The notes beneath the pieces were generated by a model, which made no database searches, was not told where the DNA came from, and was given only the letters and a program-made list of their open reading frames with translations. This document shows, piece after piece, positions 56,365 to 64,000 of a stretch of DNA of 64,000 bases. The DNA is from Octopus sinensis (lineage: Eukaryota), in contig NC_043003.1 in assembly GCF_006345805.1 (NCBI RefSeq), forward strand, positions 43,710,001-43,774,000. The letters run 5' to 3'. The first letter of the stretch is position 1. Every line of letters starts with the position of its first letter. A program made the position numbers and the translations under genes.

Positions 56365-57363
56365 GACACATTGTTGGCCTGCACCTTGAGGAATACTGCT
56401 TTATTAATACCCTATCTTATGTAGGGTGTACAAATGTTGGAATTCCCATGATCTCATTATTTACGCCCTTGTAGGCAAAACCAATAACACTGGGTATGTA
56501 TAGCTGAAGACATGACAATTCTTAGTGTTAACAAGTCTATAATGATTTCAATTCTAACATCATACAACCTGAGAAACATCACAACTGCGAAAATAATTAC
56601 CTTAGCACTGCATGCATTGTATTTACAGAAATCTCCTATGTTATTTCTGAACATCCTGTTTTCTCAAGTAGCAATAATGTCTTATTTCTATGAGTGGTTT
56701 CGTTCCCTATACTAAGACATGATTCAAAGTATATGAAAAATTCAAGGATTTGTTGAAGAATTTACACCTGTTTCGATAAAATTCTCAAATTTTTATGTTC
56801 GCATTTACTTACACATGTTTTGTTTTTTAATATAATTAGATTAGCTTTATATCATTTTCTCACTTAAAATATGAAACACTATTGATATTAGCTACTATCA
56901 ATTGTACTCTTTATTATAAGCAAGGTTGCTTACAATTTAATACTTTGCAATTTTTAAAAATAATTCCAAGAGTCTTCTATGAAACCCGTAAACATTTCTG
57001 GATAGGTTAATTCAGCATTCAACTCGAACAAGTGCTGATATTCTGCAAACACGCGCGCGCACACACACACACAACACACACACACACACAAACACACGCA
57101 CACACACACACAAACACACACACACACACATACACACACACACACAGAGCCAAACACACGGACGCAAACACAGGCACAAACGAACACGCGCGCGCAAGCA
57201 CATACTGACACAGGGACACACATACAACCACAAATATAGATACAAACACTCATGCAGGAACATATTTCTCAAAATCCTAATGGATTTATCTTGAAAAATT
57301 ACGTATATGCATCCATTTATTAATATACAATCAACGATATCAGCACATATTTATATTAGTGAA

Positions 57364-57681
57364 CTGGCAATCTCTCTATTACGGCGACGGGTGCTCACGT
57401 TGATCCGATCAACTGAACATGCTGCTAGTGAAATTAACTTGCAAGTGGCTAGAATTTCACAGACTCTGGCGCTCCTAACATAGTTCTCAGCGAGATTCAG
57501 CGTGTCACAGAATGTGACAATGATACCTCATTGCATTCCAGGTACAGCTCATGTTCGCCAACTGAGTACAATGCAGCAATGTGAAACACAATGTCATATT
57601 GTAGGATATAACGCACCACCGGGGATTGAAATCACAATCTTTCGATCGTATGCTGAATATCCTATGCACCAAGCCACGCAC
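57364..57681 (-). mobile_element. Intronic SINE homologous to 14115-14435
   Basis: Minus strand tgcgtggcttggtgcatagg...atttcaatcccc; body gctgaatctcgctgagaac...gccacttgcaagttaatttcac...tcggatcaacgtg. Confidence 0.75.
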
Positions 57682-58495
57682 TGCACTCATGTACGAATAT
57701 GTGTGAGTGGGAAACAATGAATAAGATTAGCTGGACAATTGTATGTATAACATTGTGTGTGGGTGTGTGTGTGTGTGAGTACTCACAAACACTCACTTGC
57801 ACACACGCTTACACACATACACATATATATATATATTTGTGTGTGTGTGTGTGTGTGTGTTTCCGTGTACGTATATACATGTATGCTTAAATGTACGTAT
57901 GCATGTATGTAAATATGGATTTGGCTAATTATGTTGCACTATTTTTACGCGTTTCATCGTTGAAATTTCCCTTCATTTGTCGGCTTTCATTTATATGTTC
58001 TTCCACACTTGCTCGGTCTCTCCCTCTCGCCCTCACTTTCTTTCTCTTGACATGCACATCACCTGACACACACACCAATGGAAGTATGCATGTATGCATC
58101 TATTTTATGCATTCATACGTATGAGTGTGTTGCGTACGTATGTGTCTGAGGAGCAAGGTGACTACCTAGGTAACATACATAACCATTTTCAGATACACAT
58201 CAAACAAGATTAAAAAGAACTTTCCTTATTGATCCCAATATCCCCCACACTGAATAAACATATCTTTCTTTCGAAAATCGGCTTCCCACTCGTGTATGTG
58301 ATAGTTGTTTGTGTTGCGCTGTCAAAAATATCTTTTGGTGAGCTAAAAATATTAATAAAACACTTTCATATATTAATATGGCCTCACCTGCTGATCAGTA
58401 AGGCCGCGATTCATTGTTCGTCAGTCTTTCAGTTTGTATGCCTGCCTATCTGACTATATAACTATCTATCTATCTCACATTATTCTCCGTTCTTC

Positions 58496-58588
<93 letters not shown>

Positions 58589-59570
58589 CACATATACACA
58601 TATACACGCATATATACATACATATATATATGTATGTATATATATATATACACATACATACATGTGTATATACATAGGTACATGTATATATATACAGATA
58701 TAGGTATATATTTATATATATATATATATTATATATATATCTACATATGTACATATACATATACTTATATATACATATATGCATATATATGGGTAAGGAG
58801 ATGTGTGTGTGTGAGTGTGAGTGTACTTGAATATGTCTGTATATATATGTGTATCTTTGATTTTGAGTTTAGATACGTGGGCGCCTGTTGTACTTAAGTT
58901 GGACAGTAGAAAAGTTGTTGACAGTTTTATGGTTTTCTGCTGCCCCGAGGCTTGTTTCTTTGCATCTCACTTAACCGACAAAATATTTGCTCGGTTCTAA
59001 TGATCTTAAAGCTGAACTAGAGTCTGCAGCATATGTGTAATTCCTGTACGTTCAGCACAGACATTAACCATAAACTGATTTATATAAGTGAATTTAAATG
59101 ATATTGCCTTTTGATTCTCTATTCTTCTCGCACGTCCGTTCAAGCCACGCTTGATTTTCCGATCAATGTCAATTTTTTTTTTCAATACCACTTATATAAC
59201 CGACATCATCTTCGATGTGTGAAACTTCACTTGCTTGACATCTTACCTGATTAAAATTCACCTGAAGATGGTGGATTATATGTTATGATGTACTGTATGA
59301 ACATATCACTAAAATTCTATAGAAGAAGCTGCCGTAACTATTAAACCTCACTTGCTTTATGTTTTACTATCTACGTCATAGATGGAACGAATTCCAGAGT
59401 CGGGTCAGCAGTGTGAACTCAACTTGGTTTTTAAATATATGCAGTATCCTCCACACATATTATCACTTCATTGTTTTGTTTTTTGTGTTATCGTGTCTTG
59501 CTAACATTGGCGCCTTACACGTTGATGTGCATAGTGTTTGTGTTGTGTATGTATGTGTGCATTCGTTTGT

Positions 59571-59607
<37 letters not shown>

Positions 59608-62319
59608 ACTGTGTGTACAAGAATGTCACCTTCATATGGCGGGTAAATGGGAAAGTACTTTCGCTACAATGGAAGATATCGCTAAATATTGCATACCTAC
59701 ATTACTTATACTTCAACCCTTATTAAATTTCATTTTGCTTCTAGAAAATAATGAAATGTATATCAATAGAATTAAATGACCTAATTTCTTATTTGTATCA
59801 ATCCTGCTATAAATTCTATATCATTTACCCTCTTCTCCTCCTGGCGACACCGAGTCAAGACTGTGCACTCGTGTTGCACATTTAATTCTAACTCCGCCCT
59901 CTTCCATCTATATGATGTGAAATGGGATTGCAGGCATCAAGCTAGAACGAACGAGCCTACCAAACAACATCTATTATTATTTTATGACATACATGAGCGT
60001 ATACACTTATACATACACACGCACACGCAACCACACAAGCACAGTCACATTCCCTAACAAGTACAAAGACACACACAAACACATATACATATAGGATAAT
60101 ACAAGCAGAGACACTCTAACGCTTGGCCTAATAATGCTAGACGCCTGATTTCCATGGCGCATAGGTTATAATTCTGCTGCTGAGTTTATAGCAACTTATT
60201 TGGAGGGGTTGATTATGTCTATTACATCAATATTAGTACGTGATTGGTATTTTACTATATCGACACCGAAGCCGGCAGAGGCCCGACTTGAACTCAGAAG
60301 GTAAACGATCTGGAAGGATTCTACCAGGAAAGAGCCTTCCACCTCTATAATTTATAATTCTCCTTTCTATATTAATACACATGATATTTATGTAAGTATA
60401 TATGTAGACATATATGCATGTATGTAAGTATATATATATATATATATATAAAGAAAGACGTATAGATATGAAGATATACGTACATCATACACAAACACAG
60501 ATGCGCACACATACATAAATACATACATGCATACAAATATATATGTCCCTCTCTCTCTCTCTCTCTCTCTCCTCTCTATATATATATATATAATATATAT
60601 ATATGTATATATATGTATATATATACTCTTTCCCTCTCCTGTTCAGTGTTTGTAAAGTAGACGTGCTTCTACGTTCTTTTCTCTTTATGTATTTGTGTCT
60701 GTAGATATGTGTGTATTTTTCTGCTTCCGTGTGTGTGTATGTGTGTGTGTGTGTGTGTCTGTGTGTTTGTGTGTCTCTGTGTGTTTGTGTGTGTGTGTCC
60801 ATCTGTTATAGAAATCCGGACTCGAGCGTGTTGTGAAAAATTAATTATGTAAGAAATATTTGGAGAAGATGATTACCTTTTTCCCTGCAAGCGAACTCTG
60901 AAGTCTGACATTAATTTTAATGATTTGTTTAGAGGAGACACAAGGCCAATTATTTTTGTCGACATGGAGAAAATATAATAAAAGCGATTGTTTCATACTG
61001 CCGCGAGTAATCAATCTTTCCACTGATGAACATATCTGACAGTGACGATGGGTGTCATTGTTTATACTGAGAAGCCTAGAGCTAATACAGTTTTACTTTG
61101 CGCTGAAACACATTGAATTTTCATCTATCTGTAAGCGTGAGAATGTGCTGAGACGATGTCTTGACCAGAGATTTGATTAAATTTTCTCCTGACTTAGATA
61201 ATGAGCATAAAAATTACGGGTCCCTGAAATTCACATTTGACTTCATGGAACGGTGTTACTAAACAACACTCTAACTATATATAGGAGTTCACGAAAAATT
61301 TATATTCAGATGAATACGATACGTAAGTCGAGGCACCAGAATTTAGTACGGTATTATCCATACAATGTGAAAATAAGGTGATTAAAAGCAAAATAAGCAA
61401 TCAAAATGGCATACAGAGTTAATGCATTACGATCGTTTCAAGCAACTCCATTTAATTGAACAATGCAATCATTACAGCAATTTAAATGCAGAGCAATCCT
61501 CAGTTGCATAAAAACATAGAATGTAATTAAATTAAATTCTATGTCTCTATGCAGCTGAGTATTACTCTGTACTTAAATTAATGTAATGAGTGTATTGTTC
61601 AATTAGATGGAGTTACTTGAAACAATCGTACTGCATTGCCTCTTGATATCCTTGTTGCTTATATATGTATGTATATGTATGTGTATATATATATATATAT
61701 ACACATATATATATATGTATGTGTGTGTGTATGTGTGTGTGCATGTGTGTGTTTGCGTGTGTGTACGTATGTATATAAAGTTTATTTGCCAACATCACAT
61801 GGTAGTCCTGACGAGGAATGTGGTCGTACTTTTTGACCCCAGATAAACTTCTTTTTTCTGCTTTTCATCTTATAGATGGAGGCGGGTGGAGGTAGAATGA
61901 GGGGTGCATACTGTTACTAAGACCACTGACTCCTAGCCGTTGGTATTACCAGCAGACCAATGGTTTCTGGGTTATTTCACTTCCTCGGTGCTGAATAACC
62001 GCCTGGCAAAACACAGCAGTGACCTTATTCACAGTATATTCTTTTAAATCTCGTATTGAGATCTATGTAATAACAGTACTGGATAGGAAACTTGATCTGC
62101 TAGCATAAGAGTTTCTGAGATACAGTAGTCACTCATCGAAATCTGCTGTTTTAAGTTTTACGCGAGAAAGGGATCCAGTGAAATGATCCAACAGACAAGT
62201 AGAAATAATAACACAGATGCTTACAGATCTCATCATTTCATTATTAACTATATTTTACCTAGCACATACCACACAACCCCACACACACGTATGTGTGTGT
62301 ATGTGTGTGAGTGCGTGCG

Positions 62320-62350
<31 letters not shown>

Positions 62351-63434
62351 TTTCAAGCAGGTCAAGTACTTTTTAGCATGTAACACAATGATTGTCATGG
62401 TAGATTCCGAAACTACTGAAAGAGAATATATTGTTGATAAAAGATTGACGTTATTTATCACCAACGGCTTAATAATTTTCTTTTTTCCGTGGATAAACAA
62501 ATTCAGAGTATAAAGTAATCTACAGTACTACACCACTTTACATTCTACCTGTGTTGGCCTTGCATATATATGGAAATGCATATTTATTTTTGGGGGCGGT
62601 TTATGGGGGTGGAAATACGGTCAAGTAGAAACAAAAGAGCAGAGAGCAGGTGAATGAAGAAAGAAACACGAATGTTAGTCTCCTTCTTCAGCTCACGATT
62701 TCAGCACATTAATCAACACAACACAGTATTTATTGTACACGTAGATTTATGAAAAATACAATCAGGGCAAGTTGTTTTGATAGTAGGATGCTACGAACGT
62801 ATTTAACCAACGAGGCAAAATAAAAATTCACAAATACTTTGGTGTAACAACATTTAATTCTGTAAAAACACGCAAAATATTTCGCTATGATGGATATGGT
62901 AACTAAACGTATGATGAAGTTATGAAGGTTATTCAACAGTAAAAGGTTTTCGGATGGAGAGAGAATATAATCAATAAATTAAGAATCAGGAGGTGATAGT
63001 ATTGGAGGTTTGTCCTTAAACATGCAGAAATATATAGTGAATAATGAAGTAACTGAGTACCAATCCTATTGAAAACAAACAAAAGAAAAAGCTTAGTTAG
63101 TAGTGAATTGGTAAAAACTAATTGGTTCTCAAGGCTAACATAAGAATTTTTGTTTAACAGTATTCAGTACACGCTTATTGTACTGAGATACATGACACTG
63201 GCAAATCTTTCACATTTTTCTTATATTATTTCTCTTCCGTTTGCACAAATTAGCGAAGCAATAAATGAGCTTTCTCTGTTTTGTACATGTTTAAACATCA
63301 CCTACAGCTTCAGATAAGGTTGGGCAACTGCTGTATTGGTCTATCGGAGAAAAGCATATTCACGCCGGCCCTTGTCTCTCAAGTTAATTATCCAGCATAT
63401 CCAGCGTTTTCTAAAATGACCCGTCAAATCTGGA

Positions 63435-63570
63435 TACTCCGCCGAAGTCGATTTTGCCTTTCATCCTTATTAAGAGGTCGATAAAATAAGTGCCGGTTGA
63501 TTACTAGTGTCGATATAATCGTCTTGATATCTCCCCAAAACTTGCTGGGCTCTCGCCACAATTTGAAATC
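63435..63570 (+). mobile_element. SINE 3' part
   Basis: tccgccgaagtcgattttgcctttcatcc...gtcgataaaataagtgccggttga...gtcgatataatcg. Confidence 0.65.
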
Positions 63571-64000
63571 AATATATCCGTAGAAGTTCTCTTGCGCTCT
63601 CGCTCTCTCTCTCTCTTTCGCTGTATATGTGTTTTGAGTGTGTGATTGTATGTGAATTTAATTATATGTATTAAAACATGCTCAAATATACTATATACCC
63701 ATGTATATGCTTACATATATACATAAAGATATATTATATATCCAGAGAGAATGAGAGAGAGAGGAGGTACGGGATGAGGAGAGAGAGACAGGGAAACCTA
63801 TACCTGAGATTTAAGCGAATATTTTATATATCTGTTTATAGATGATGATTAGACGAAGTAAAACGCTTGTTTATACTAGCACACATGTATATCAATTTCC
63901 TCTTGTATTACACACTCTGAAGTCGTAGCATCCATACAACACTCAGCCTCTTTTCTAGCAACCTATTTGCAATTGCAACGTGTTTACGTTTCCTTTGAAC

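Noticed and set aside
59268-59335. CTGAAGA with a long pairable stem II
   Set aside because: No convincing GAAA/NUH or stem I closure.
61803-61842. gtc-CTGACGA...gac hammerhead-like fragment
   Set aside because: GAAA and stem III are not recognisable.

Overview
Eukaryotic, AT-rich, microsatellite-dense DNA with the interspersed-repeat content of an octopus (coleoid cephalopod) genome; the taxon is inferred from the SINE/LINE families seen. One host coding exon is clear: 50980-52478 (+), the first coding exon of a heparan sulfate glucosamine 3-O-sulfotransferase (HS3ST). It encodes a type II membrane anchor, a very long Asn/basic stem and the start of the sulfotransferase domain, and ends at a GTAAGT donor; the rest of the gene lies beyond the window. 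The remainder is mostly decayed mobile DNA: RLE-type (R4/Dong/NeSL-like), RTE, CR1 and L1/Tx1-like LINE pieces, Penelope-like (PLE) ORF pieces, two degenerate mariners with recognisable TIRs, many tRNA-derived SINEs and foldback MITEs. There is one 100-N gap. Structure beyond routine annotation: (1) minimal type I hammerhead-ribozyme motifs in (TA)n-flanked non-autonomous repeats, one a head-to-head palindrome; (2) a near-identical 1.6-kb inverted duplication with a 290-bp spacer; (3) RLE LINE copies sitting in microsatellites; (4) a mariner cleanly nested in a LINE codon; (5) two uORFs before HS3ST, one in frame and separated from the CDS only by a UAG; (6) an ~850-bp tandem duplication. All assignments come from manual translation and motif recognition; no database searches were run, and many repeat boundaries are approximate.
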